Of a DNA stretch of 64,000 nt, positions 27,100 to 38,790 are shown one piece after another. The notes beneath the pieces are model-generated. The model searched no databases and was not told where the DNA came from. It saw only the letters and a list, made by a program, of their open reading frames with translations. The DNA is from Takakia lepidozioides (lineage: Eukaryota > Plantae > Bryophyta): positions 80,290,001-80,354,000 of the forward strand of contig CM060732.1 in NCBI GenBank assembly GCA_030704615.1, in the 5' to 3' direction. Each line of letters opens with the position of its first letter. Positions within the stretch are counted from its first letter, which is position 1. A program made the position numbers and the translations under genes.

Positions 27100-27699
27100 C
27101 CCATGGCCCTCCCAGGCGGATCGTGACGAATTGGAGGAGATCAATTGACTGCAAGAACATAGATTCTAAAGTGAAGGCACACCTCAACTTCGAGCCGATG
27201 CGTATGAAGCGTAGTTAACTCGGTGCCTCCCTCAGGCACTTAGGCTTGCAGCTTCTTGGCTTGTAGTTGGTTTTTCATATAGTTTGTAGGACTCTAATTT
27301 GTTTAGTTGGTGGCTTTTGGGGACCTTTCTTAGTCTCTTCTCTTTTCTCGGTTGCACTTCTGTTTGTGCTTTTGCTGGTATGCTCAAATCTTCCACAGTA
27401 GATGATATTGCATTTTGAAATCTTGGAAATTTTATGGCTCAGGATGAGCCTTAGCACCTGGCTCACACAGTGAGGAAAATGCCAAGACTGAGCCGAGCCA
27501 TGGCACAGCTTGCCATGTTTTTTTCAACAAAGCCATGCAACACAACACAATATGTTGCCAGACGATAATTAAATAAGACACAACATTCAGGAAAAGTTTA
27601 AATAGTGATTTTAAAGATATTTGAACATGTAGTATGCTGCCATGTTTAAGTAAATAAATAATTAAAGGGGACAGCGGCATGGTAGCTCATATTAAAAAC

Positions 27700-28100
27700 A
27701 TGGATTTTCTCTTAAAACTTAAGAATCGGAACTGGGTCCGTGAGTGGGTAATTGAGCACTTGGAGAAGTGATGGTTTGCTGCATCAGCTTTTCTGCCAAT
27801 CCATGGGTCATGGAATATACTTAACGGTGATGTTTCAATCTCAGGAGACGGCATCTAAAGCTCTTGCCTTTAACCCTCATTTGTCTTCACATAAGATTCA
27901 TATATTCCCTTGGTCTCAAGATTGGGGTCATCAATGGTTAATTTGTTTTGTTTTGTTTTGTAGCGTTGAGATATCCCAAACTGCGAGGGCCCAGTCTTGG
28001 TTGGTACCTTTGGAAAGCCCTCGATGAGGAGGGGTGCACCGGCTTGGTCTCATGATTTTTGGACCTGCGGTGTGGAGATGTCGAATTTCAAGTACTTTTG
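27700..28100 (+). mobile_element. L1 ORF1 (DUF4283-like) remnant
   Basis: MGHGIYLTVMFQSQETASKAL...HIFPWSQDW resembles the DUF4283 pattern. Confidence 0.4.
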
Positions 28101-28195
28101 GTCGCTGGAAATTCGGGAAAAATAGCAACGTGGGCTTTTCTGGGACAATGATTGGAGGCTCGACCAGAGATATATCAATAATGATTGATATATCT

Positions 28196-28402
28196 CACAT
28201 GGCCTTATTACATAAGCCCCCCCTCTAATTCCTGGGCCACAGTAATTCCTGGACCACTCTAGAATTAACAGGGCCCCAATGAAACTGCTCTTATTCCTGG
28301 ACTATACACATGGCCTTATTACAGAAGCCCCCCCTCTAATTCATGGGCCACAGTAGTTCCTAGACCACTCTAGAATTAACAGGGCCCCAATAAAACTGCT
28401 CT
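28196..28402. repeat. Direct repeat, two copies spaced ~111 bp apart
   Basis: cacatggccttattaca...agaattaacagggccccaat.aaactgctct occurs at ~28196 and ~28307. Confidence 0.85.
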
Positions 28403-28643
28403 ACATATTGAATTACTGTCTGGCAACATATTGTGTTGTGTTGCATGGCTTTGTTGAAAAAAACATGGCAGGCTGTGCCATGGCTCAGAGCTCAGTCTTG
28501 GCACTTTCCTCATTGTGTTCCTTGTGTGGGCCGCCACAACAGGTTGGTCAATTGGGCTCACGCTGCCACTCGCTGCCCCGTCGACACTTGAGGGCAACCG
28601 ATACACAATTGCCCAGAGATTGTCGCACTCACACACCTATACC

Positions 28644-28650
28644 TATATAA
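28644..28650 (+). promoter_or_regulatory. TATA box of the type III PKS gene
   Basis: CCTATATAAA followed by a CT-rich leader, about 230 bp before the PKS ATG. Confidence 0.5.
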
Positions 28651-31637
28651 ACCTTTCCTCTCTATCCCTCTCTATCGTAATCACTTCTTTCTCTACTTAG
28701 CTTCTCTACACTCCACTTGCCTTGCTCATTACTACGCCTCCATATCTGCACCCAGAGTTGGGTAAAATTCCCCTTTGGCCGCTCTCAGATCTCCCTCTCG
28801 AGAATCCGATTTTGAGCTGCGCTTTGAACACTCATTTTAGAGTCTGTGTATTGTCGAGTCTCAGAGACCCATCAGGTATAATGGCGTCAAATGGGCATAT
28901 CGAGTCTTATGGCACGGGTCGCAGGGCACAACCTCGAGCAGAGGGGCCGGCAACAGTGATGACCATTGGTACAACTAATCCTTCGACAGTGCATGAGCAG
29001 AGCACCTACACTGACTACTACTTCGATGCTACAAATTGCAACCACAAGACCGCCCTCAAAGCCAAGTTCAAACATATCTGTGAGTACAATCTTATGCTTG
29101 ACTCATGAGAAAAGAAAAAAGAAAAAAGAAAAATGGAACTTTATAACGTCCGCATCTGGAAAGCATCATGAACTGTCCATGGATCTAAAGTTTACATCAC
29201 CTAGATTTCCAGGAATTGTTGAAAAACATGAACATCTAAAGCTACTGTAGACACTCACAACAACAACAGATTCATATACATGACCAGGCGGTGAGAAGAA
29301 ACAACGTACTAAAGAATAGTACGCTCAAGAGTGAATAGAATGAATATAACGAAAAACATGAGAAGGTTATATACAATGAGAGTCCTGTGGAGAGGCTGGG
29401 CTTCTAGTCGCTATTCATAGTAAGAGATAAGGATCACGGTCAATGTGCAATTAAACACCGTCGTGGGTAGGTAACCAGACCTGATCTAATCCTACAAATA
29501 TGGGAGAGTTGTCGAGGGAAGAAATTGCACATTCTAACACTCCTGCTCAGTTTTGAACCCGACTTAGAGGCCTTATTTGTAGCTTTTCCCTATGAAGTTC
29601 AAAGCTTGCCCTTGGTAGCGGCTTGATAAAAATATCTGCAGCCTGCAATTTAGTTGGACAGTAGTCCAACAAAATTTCTTCCTCCTCCACTTTCTCTCGA
29701 ATGAAGTGAAACTGAGTTGCTATGTGCTTGGATCTTCCGTGAAACTTGGGAAACTTAGCCAGTGCAATGCAACTCTGATTGTCACATTTGAGGTTGAGAG
29801 GATCAATTTGCTTCATTCCAATGTTATAGAGTAATCTCCTCAACCAAATGGTTTCCTTGACAGCTTTTGTGGCAGCCATGTACTCAGCCTCTGTGCTTGA
29901 TAGGGTCGTGGCTGTTTGTTTCTTGCTGTGCCAGGAAATAACCCCGCCATTCAAGGTAAAACAGTAACCAGATGTGGACTTCCTTGCATCCACATCCCCT
30001 GCATAGTCCGAATCGCAATATCCTTGCAAAATCCCAGATTTGCTACCTGTCTCACCTGTGCCTAATGTAATACCAAAGTCAACAGTGCCTTTGATATACC
30101 TGAACACACGCTTGACCGCAACCCAATGGAGGTAACCTGGATTTTCCATAAAGCGACTTAACAGCCTACCGCAAAGGCAAGATCAGGTCGATATGGTATT
30201 CCTTTCATCTGCTCCTGCTCTTTAGCTGAGGTTGGACACATATCAATGGACAACTTCGAGTTTGCTTCCATGGGTATGGCTACAGGCTTACAATCCTCCA
30301 TCTTGAATTCCTGCAGCACATTCTCCGAGTAGCGTTTCTGACTGATATGGATTGTTCTTTTCTCCCTGTTTCGGATGATGTGGATTCCAATATAGTAGTT
30401 GATATCCCCATAATCTACCATCTCAAATTCTGAAGCGAGCTCCTTCTTCACCTCATTAAGAAAGGTTAGATTGTCGTTTATCAATATTGCATCGTCAACA
30501 TACAAAGCAAGGATGACGAACAACTCTGCTGCTCGCTTCACATAAACGTTTGAATCCGTTTTTCCACTCCAAAACCCTTGAGCCAACAAATATCGATCGA
30601 TTCGTTGGTACCAAGCTCGTGAGGATTGCTTCAATCCATACAGAGATTTCTTGAGCTTGCATACTTTTCCTTCGGCTCCTTCAACAACAAAACCTTCAGG
30701 CTGTTGCATATAAATCTCTTCTTTCAAATCACCATTTAGGAATGCTATTTTAACGTCCATTTGATGTATCTCCAAATCTTGTTCTGCTGCAAGAGCCAGC
30801 AACGTTCTTACTGACGCCATTTTCACAACCGATGAGAAAGTATCGAAGTAATCCAATCCCTCCCGTTGTGAATATCCCTTGGCTGTCAACCTGGCCTTCA
30901 GTCTATAAACCGTCCCATTATCTTTGTACTTGATAGCAAAGACCCACTTGCAGCCTATTGCCTTCCTACTTGCTGGGAGATCAGCAAGTATCCAAGTTCC
31001 ATTCTTTATGAGAGAGTCATATACTGCTTGCATAGCAGTTGTCCATCCGGTAGCATCACTTTCCAATGCTTCGTCAACATTTCCAGATACGGTAATTGCT
31101 AAGAAACTCATCGGATGACCTAGGGTTTCTCAGACTTTTAGTGAAGACTTTTGAGTTCTTACCTTGACGTTGTCCAGACAACTGAGGTGTTCATTTGCTC
31201 CTGCTGAAGGTGATTGTCCAGAGGAAGAGGCTACTGCTTTGACATCTTCATGTGAATCTTCCTCGACTGCTGTTCTCAAATCATCACGATATGCAATGCT
31301 ATCACATGTCGACTCTTTGTCATCAAGATCAATCTGCATATTTACTTCTTGCAGTCTCTTCATCGTGTGGAGCATCATGGATCTGATTTTCTTGAACCTG
31401 CTCTTCAAGTTCCCTCCTTGTAAAACACTCAATAGGGTTGACATGAAATAAATCCCAAAGATTCCACAATTCTATGTCACCATGAGATTTCAACTCCTGT
31501 CCCTGTATTGTATTGAATTCATCAAATACCACATCCCTACTAAGGAACACCTTCCTCGTGCTTGGATTAAACATTTTGTATCCCTTCGCTTCTTCACTAT
31601 AGCGGGCCCACAAAAATACACTCCACGCTTTTAGCCT

Positions 31638-34600
31638 GGGGGGTGCACTCTTCATAAACTGTGTGTATCACGTGCGTTCGCCGCCTAATAAAAAAACCCC
31701 CTGTATACGGGTCCTTGGATAATTTATACCCCCTCTGTACATACTTTTTGAAGATTATAAAACCCCCTCCTGTAAATATACAAAATATTTTTAAAAAATA
31801 CCCCCTTTATGTATATTCCCATTTTTTAATCATTAAAAAATACCCTCCAATATGTACATGTATGTTTTTATATTATATCGAATTTATTCATTTAAAACAT
31901 AATAAAATCTAATTAATTAATTAATTATTTTTTTGCCTTTGATAAAGTTGTCAAAGACTTTTCGGTCATTTGCATCAAGTACATATGTGTTTGACTTGAC
32001 ATTGTACTTTAAACATGCTAATGCGATAATGGAATCCAAATCAACCATCATGTTATCCGTCAAATCGTACGTATAGACCCCATCCTCGAACTTTTTGGTA
32101 CCATGCTAATCAAATCTGCATATGAGAAGGACGCTCCATTAAATCAACAGAATCTCTACACTCTACAAACCGCTTATTGATTTTCCTCCGTATTCTTTTA
32201 ACCCTGCCCAAATACTAAGTGCATTTGGTTGCTCCTCTATAGGTTTTCCCTGGTCTGCCTTTCCTGTTTGTAGTTTGGATCGTAGTCTCCTCATCAACAA
32301 AAAATACAGCACAATCTGAACCCAATCCCAAGCTCGTGGTTTTGTTGCTGGTAGTTGGTTTGTTTTCTCGGCAAAACAACATCTATGCACTTCTTACTCG
32401 TGTCAATCTATCCTTGGATAGAGTAGGGTTGCCATTGAGTTGGCTAACCAAAGTGCTCTTGAATATGATGTTCCCATCTACTTCGACAAATGGAACCACC
32501 GCCTTCGAACCATCTTTCTCTTGTTCAAACTCATCAATGACAGCATCCAGAGTATGTCTCAATTCACTTTGAATAAATACCTCTTCCGCATGATCATCCA
32601 AAGGTTGGCTCAAAACATCCTCCATTGAATTCGAAGGCCCGCACATCAATTCATCCTCCATGACCTCATTTTGAATATGTGTGTCTGCATTAAGATGACA
32701 AATAGAATCTATGGCATCGACATCATCACCCTCCTCTTCCATGCTTTTGAATAGCTCAACTTCCATTTGTCTCTCAATTGTCCATGGCTCATTTCACCAA
32801 TCCAAGTTTGTTTGGTTTCATCCCAAGTTTATGGCATAAAAGTTGCACTTCTAGAAATCCAGTTTTCAAAGCCTCCACAACGCAATCATCCGATTGGACA
32901 GTAGAAAAGTCGGACAAATCAGCAAGGGAGATACCTGGCTTCTTCTCCAAAGAAAACCAAATGTGTTCTTGTTTTTTGTGCGCTCTTGAAAACTTAGGCC
33001 CTTTTGGATTCACCTTGCACTCGGATATGCGTGTTAATGCTCCCGCACTCTCAATCAAGTCACACCCGTCATATGTCTTCTCATTCCGTAACATACCTCC
33101 CACTTTGCTGAAGAATATTTCACACACATCTAAACCAACAAGGCTCAAATGAACTTGCACATGATTAAACTTATCCTTGAACAATTTGATAAGCAGAACC
33201 ACGTAGTGGCATGAAATTTGTAAATCTAAGTATGCGTCCCTGCTAATGAAGAAGGATTTCAGATTATACACCTCATGGTGGGATAGCCACAACTTCCACA
33301 ATCTGAAAAAAAAAACGATACCTTCGCAGCAGATTGTACCCTCTCACACAATGACATGTGAGGAGACAAAAAAAATGTCAATGTAGCATGAAATGATGTG
33401 TAAGTAAATTTCAGTACCTTTGGTCTCTCCCTTCGATGATTCACAGTTGATTGTAACTCCCTCAAACAAGCTTGCACCTTTTGAGATGCTAGTCGTTGAG
33501 CTGCTGCCTAATTCTGTCGATCTTCTCTTTTGATATCACCTTCCCGAAGTCCATGCTTGTCCACTGAAAATGAATGGTAGACCAATAACATATGATTCAA
33601 TGTAGCAACCTCAACACCCAACACCAAAGTCTGTGATGCACTGTCTAAGGGATTTACCAATTTTTTCCCATTGTGGATGAAGTCCTGATCATGGAGTCCG
33701 TATATATCTCCCCCGTTGCACACTCGACCTATAAACAACCATCCTTCCCAAGGGATGCAAAATCTACTTCCAGCCCCATTGACATAATCTTCTAACATCA
33801 ATTTTTTCCTCCTACTATCTCCGTTTGAAGCATGCCCAATTTACAGGCCCAACCACGTCCCTCACATATTTGTCCCACAACTGCCTCACCACTTCCCATT
33901 GTGATCTCACAAAATTGTTGTCAAATCTATTGCACGTGAGCTGGATTACCAATACCAATCGAGGTAACCGTACATGTAGAGGATTTGCTATCAACACTCT
34001 GGCGTAATGGGCGACCACATTGTTTTTGAATGCCTCCACAATATGTTCGTACCCTGATTCCCCTTCTCCCACTTGCACCACAAAATCTGAAATACATACA
34101 TGGTTGTCTTGAAGCCCACAGAACTCGAGAAGGGTGTCATCCCTAGCAATCTAACGTACCAATCGCTTCACAACAGTTTCATCTTCGGCCACCATCACTG
34201 GGATGCTTCCCATTGGAATACTTGCATCTTCCATCACATCTCTGTAAATTCCAGCCACATGCTGAAATATATCATCCCTTTCTCCCGCTCTATACTTCAA
34301 ACCCTTCCTCAAAGACCGTCTTGTAATATCAATAGAAGGACCCCCCACATTTGAAGCCCCAAAAAATGATGCAATCTCGGACCCCCCCAAAGCTGCACAG
34401 TCTCAAACATTGTTTTTGTGCTAGTACCATACCTCTTCCCTTGTGGAGACCTATCAATATTCTTGCCCATATCAACAAGAAAGTCCCACAAACTTTTTTT
34501 TCCTTCAAAATCCCCCCTCCTATGTGCATCAACAATATCACGACAAAATTTGAGAACATCTCCTCTTTCAATTGCCTCAATCCTAGACTCCTTCAAACTC

Positions 34601-35275
34601 CTACATCGCACAGACAAGGATGTCACTTTGGTCCTGGCCTCCCACAATTTGAACCTCAACTGCCTCAACTCCTGCCTGTTTTTTTAAACTTGTTTGACAA
34701 TCCCGGCATTTCCAAGATATGACAGCCTTCTTCCCTTGCCAGTATCTCTCTCCCCTCTACATTCCATGGCACCTCTCTCTCTTATCTCCCCGTTGGGTAG
34801 CGTCAACACAAGTGTATGGAGTTTGTGATGAAGATGCTCCCATTGTTGATGCCACAATTAGATTGTCAAGTGGTGGGGACGGCAATACAGGTTGACTGAC
34901 CAAGAAAGAGCTTAGATCTCATTGCTTTACATCTTTGGCAATCATGGGCTTTGGAGGCCTTCATCTCTTTTTGCACAGTCCTTCACTACTTCCAACCTTC
35001 TGGCAAATCTCTGCATCTACATGGGTTTTTCCTTTCACATGCTATGTCAAAGAAGATTGCAAAGAACCTGTCCTTGGAAACAAGAATAGTCACTTCGAAT
35101 CAATTGCACACTTAATCCTTATGGAACCCAACTGCGAATAGTCTCCAATTGTGGCTTCCACAATCTCAAATCTGTTTCCAGGATTGTCCTCACAAAACCG
35201 AGCGACTTTCTCAAATGCCTCCTTCACCCTGTTCTTCTTTGCATCTAATGCTTTCTCTGCATTTACAGGGCTGAT
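31638..35275 (-). mobile_element. Degenerate DNA transposon with P-element/THAP9-like transposase
   Basis: Frameshifted minus-strand ORFs 32383-35270 carry, in order, AEDET, IGHASNGD, QDFIHNGKKLVN (DxxH), DRQN and LDVCEIFFSKVG. An AT-rich terminal region abuts the Copia at ~31637. Confidence 0.6.
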
Positions 35276-35610
35276 GACACCTTGCGAGCTGGCTCGGTCC
35301 TCCCCACGCGCCTAAGTGTGAGGGGGTGTTGTTGCGATTCCCAAGCGTCGCAGCCTTGCGGGAGCGTCGCAGAGGGCACGTGCGACGCCCGGGCGTCGCA
35401 ACCTCCAGCTTGCTGGCGGGTCATGCCCCAACTGCAGCGACGTACCTGAATCGCAAGCTGGCGAAGCGTCACCAGAGCGGCGCTGCGGCGACGCGCAAAC
35501 GTCGTTATTTCCAGGCCGGGCGCCTACGCAACGCAGCAGTCACAGGAGGGTCGTCGCGTCTGGCGCGCTCGGGGTCCCGGCGTCGCTAACCCCCCCTAAA
35601 CGTAGTAGTG
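35276..35610. mobile_element. CACTA terminus with GC-rich subterminal repeats
   Basis: Ends in cgtagtagtg (reverse complement CACTACTACG), preceded by repeated TGCGAC/GTCGCA motifs. Confidence 0.6.
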
Positions 35611-35910
35611 AATACAAAGTTTTGTCAAACTCCCTACGATGTTGCATGAAGAAAGCTCACCTTGTTGACAATATTGTCCCACCGCTGTGGATCATATTTA
35701 TAGAACTCTTGCCAGCGATGTTTCTTGCTCCAAATCTGGGCCTCTTGGATGATTTTGCACCCACAATCTTCTCCCTGCATCAACAGACCATGCACATGAG
35801 CATGCACTTCAACAGAGATCTGCTAGATTGTGCAGCACATTGGCTACATCCAGCGATATTCAAAAATGGTAGAAAGAGATTAGAGCCACTGAAAGGAAAA
35901 TCTCTCGACG

Positions 35911-36470
35911 TTGCGATTCCCCGCAGTCGCAGGCCTGCTGGGGCGTCGCAAGTGCCCTCTTGCCTGGGGGTCTAGGATTGGGGATTGCTGCTACATAATA
36001 ATAATTTTTTGGCTGTGTTTTGTTCTATAAATTCGACCCTTGCACCACTACATCCATGCAAACTATTGGACCATATGCTTAATGACAGCGTTTGCAATGC
36101 ATGTGCAAATTTTGGGAGTGAACAAAAATCATTTGGACTGAAAACCATATTTTCTTCCCTCATTTGCACTCCGAAGTTGAGATCTTTTCAACTTCATGCA
36201 CTCTCCATAGAGAGTTCCGCAATAGTGAGTGAAGGAAACTCTTTGTTTTTTTGTTTTTTTTTTTGGTCCATTTTTTTCCATGGATGTAGTGGTCTGGGGT
36301 TTGCATTCACAGAACAAAATAGAGCTAAAACAAAAAATCATTGCGTAGGAAAAATCCGCAATCATAGATATTGTAAATGCAGGGGGTTGCGACCTCCATG
36401 AGTCGCCTTGCGAAGGTATTGCGACAGAATTGCGATGCCCAAACAGATCTGCGACGGCGGGGAATCGCAA
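35911..36470. repeat. Imperfect foldback, probably CACTA-derived
   Basis: Outer arms ttgcgattccccgcagtcgcag / ctgcgacggcggggaatcgcaa; inner arms accactacatccatg / catggatgtagtggt. Confidence 0.65.
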
Positions 36471-36479
36471 AATTGCCTT

Positions 36480-38790
36480 TTATGTGTCTTTGCAAAGGTC
36501 ATGGTAGAGGCCAAGCTGAATGGATCCATTGTTGCAAATCTTTTTAGTCCTCTTTCTGTGCTACAATATAATAGGTCTATCTTGCATGTGGGAGACCGTA
36601 ATCAACCCGGGCGGCCTTATTGTTAAAGACAAAGGGCAAGACGAGGGGGTGGGGACACTAGGAAAGGAAAAGGGAAGGGCCATGGGATTATAGGGTTGAA
36701 GGTAGATTGCTTTGGCAATGGCTTTGGCAACATTGTTGTCTTTCACACCAATTTCGAAGATTCTTTCTGTTGCATCGAGATCATGGTAACCAAATCGATT
36801 GAAGGGTTTCCAGGGGTAAGTCTTGTCAACACTTGTAGAACAAGAACCATGTCTTCCAACATTCTTGCCCTCGTACAAAAACTCAACAATCCTAGAGTCA
36901 CTTTTTGAGTCACAACTTCACTAAAATCATTCCTAGATCGCCACACCTATAAAGGATTTTTTTCATGGATTTTTCATTAATAAATCATAGAAATAAGCTA
37001 CATGCATGTACATGTACAATCAATCGAAGGGATGGGTATAGCTATGTGCGAGAATTATTATGTAGCTTTGATTACGTGTCTAATCGACTTGAACATCATC
37101 ATCCGGAGCTTCTTCGTCCTCATCAAGCTGCAAGTCTTCTTGCTCATCAGAGTCATTGTCATAAATGGCCTGGTCACCAAAAGGCACATCTGAATCATCT
37201 TCCACCTCGGTTTCAATGACCATGTCTTCATCTTCTTCTCCAACATTTGCATCTGATGGAGCTTCATCGTATAGGGTCCGGGATGCATTGTCCGGGGCGT
37301 CATCATTCTCTTGTACCCCCTCTATCCAACCTCGGCCAACATCAGCGTCATCATGACCAGTCTCTTCCTCCTCCGCATTTGCCTCGCCCCATGTAGATCC
37401 CCGACCATGATAGATACGTCTTCCTCTTGGCTGAGCATACACAACCACCTTCGAGCCTATCTATATTGACGCGCATGAAACCAAACTCGTCTACCACTAT
37501 TGTTGCGGATGGCCCCACAAGATGTGACTGGAACCACCTTGCCTTGAAGATAAGAGGCTGGTGCCTTGTATACTGAAGTTGGAGTATGCTCTCAAGCTCT
37601 CCAAAGTAGTTGAGTGTGCTCATGGTAGGTCGTGTATCTCCCATGCCCCACACAGAGTCTTGCCAATATGAGGCACATAAGCCAGAATCAAACGTTCTTT
37701 TGCGCTTCATGTCAAGGCACGAATGCGGAAATGACGACCATGAACCCAAACCGCCGTGTATGAGGTCGCAAATTGAGAGGGGCCCCTTGCAATGTCTTGC
37801 ACCAAATCTGAAACCACCTCACCTTTCGCAATGCTATCCTCTACTTCAGTCCGAAGCCAATGGCGGAATGAACTTAGAGGCTGCAATTCCATGGGCAATT
37901 CTTGTGAAGGCACATTCCTACGCCGGCCCCTTACTCGCGGAGCGCATGTAGTCGCCCTTGCATGGTTCCGCCTCCACGCAACCGTCTCCTCCTGTCGTTG
38001 CTGAACAAGGTTATTGTATCTTTCCTCCCACTCATGTATGGATGGGGTGTTCTTCAGTATGAACTCATGCGCTTGGTTAATCACCATGATGGGTAATTTT
38101 ATCCTCTTTGAATTTTTGGGCAAAACGATGTCATTGGTTCGTACATCCTCATCTTCCTTCCACATCGGAGGGGCTTCCTTATCCACCATTGCCAAGTACT
38201 CCATGCAGTAGCCTCTTGCAATGTATACCCCTCCGCCGTGCTACCCTCCGGGTGTGCCATTTGTCTTACATGTGCTTTCAAAGTCTTCATGTACCGCTCA
38301 AGGTAGTACATCCACCGAGAATGAACGGGGCCGACAATCGAAGCCTCTTCCACTAAGTGCACTACCAAGTGCACTTGGATGTCAAAGAATGAGGGAGGAA
38401 GGTGCATCTCCAACATATACATGACCACCGCCGCTCCTTCTTCATGCGTGGAAAGTCCGCTTCCTCTAGCTCTTTGGAGCAAATCCAGCGGAACAATGCT
38501 CCCAATCTATAGACTGTCTCGCGAACCTCGGGAGTCAATGTCCCACGTACTGCAATGGGCAAGATGTCTTGCAATAGATTGTGGTAGTCATGAGACTTCA
38601 AACCATGGACCCTGTCTTCGTTGAACTTCATACGGAGGGATGACCCATAACCAGTTGGTGTTCGGACAGCTCCTATGGTGGCTATCACTTTCTTGTATTC
38701 CTCCTTTGTCCATTGCTAAGGTGCACGCCTATACTTCCACCGTACAACACCATTTGGGTCCACACCATTTTCTTCGGCAGCACATGCTAC
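36480..38790 (-). mobile_element. CACTA/EnSpm Tnp2 transposase fragment (DUF4218/DUF4216 region)
   Basis: GLKSHDYH..., PPSFFDIQVHLVVHL...GPVHSRWMYYLERYMKTLK...PEGSTAEGY and YFGELESILQLQY. Frameshifted. Confidence 0.88.

Larger units (their letters stand above)
27466..28517. repeat. ~105-bp inverted repeat pair (27466-27570 / 28411-28517)
   Basis: The reverse complement of the left arm matches the right arm with only a few substitutions and small indels. Confidence 0.85.
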
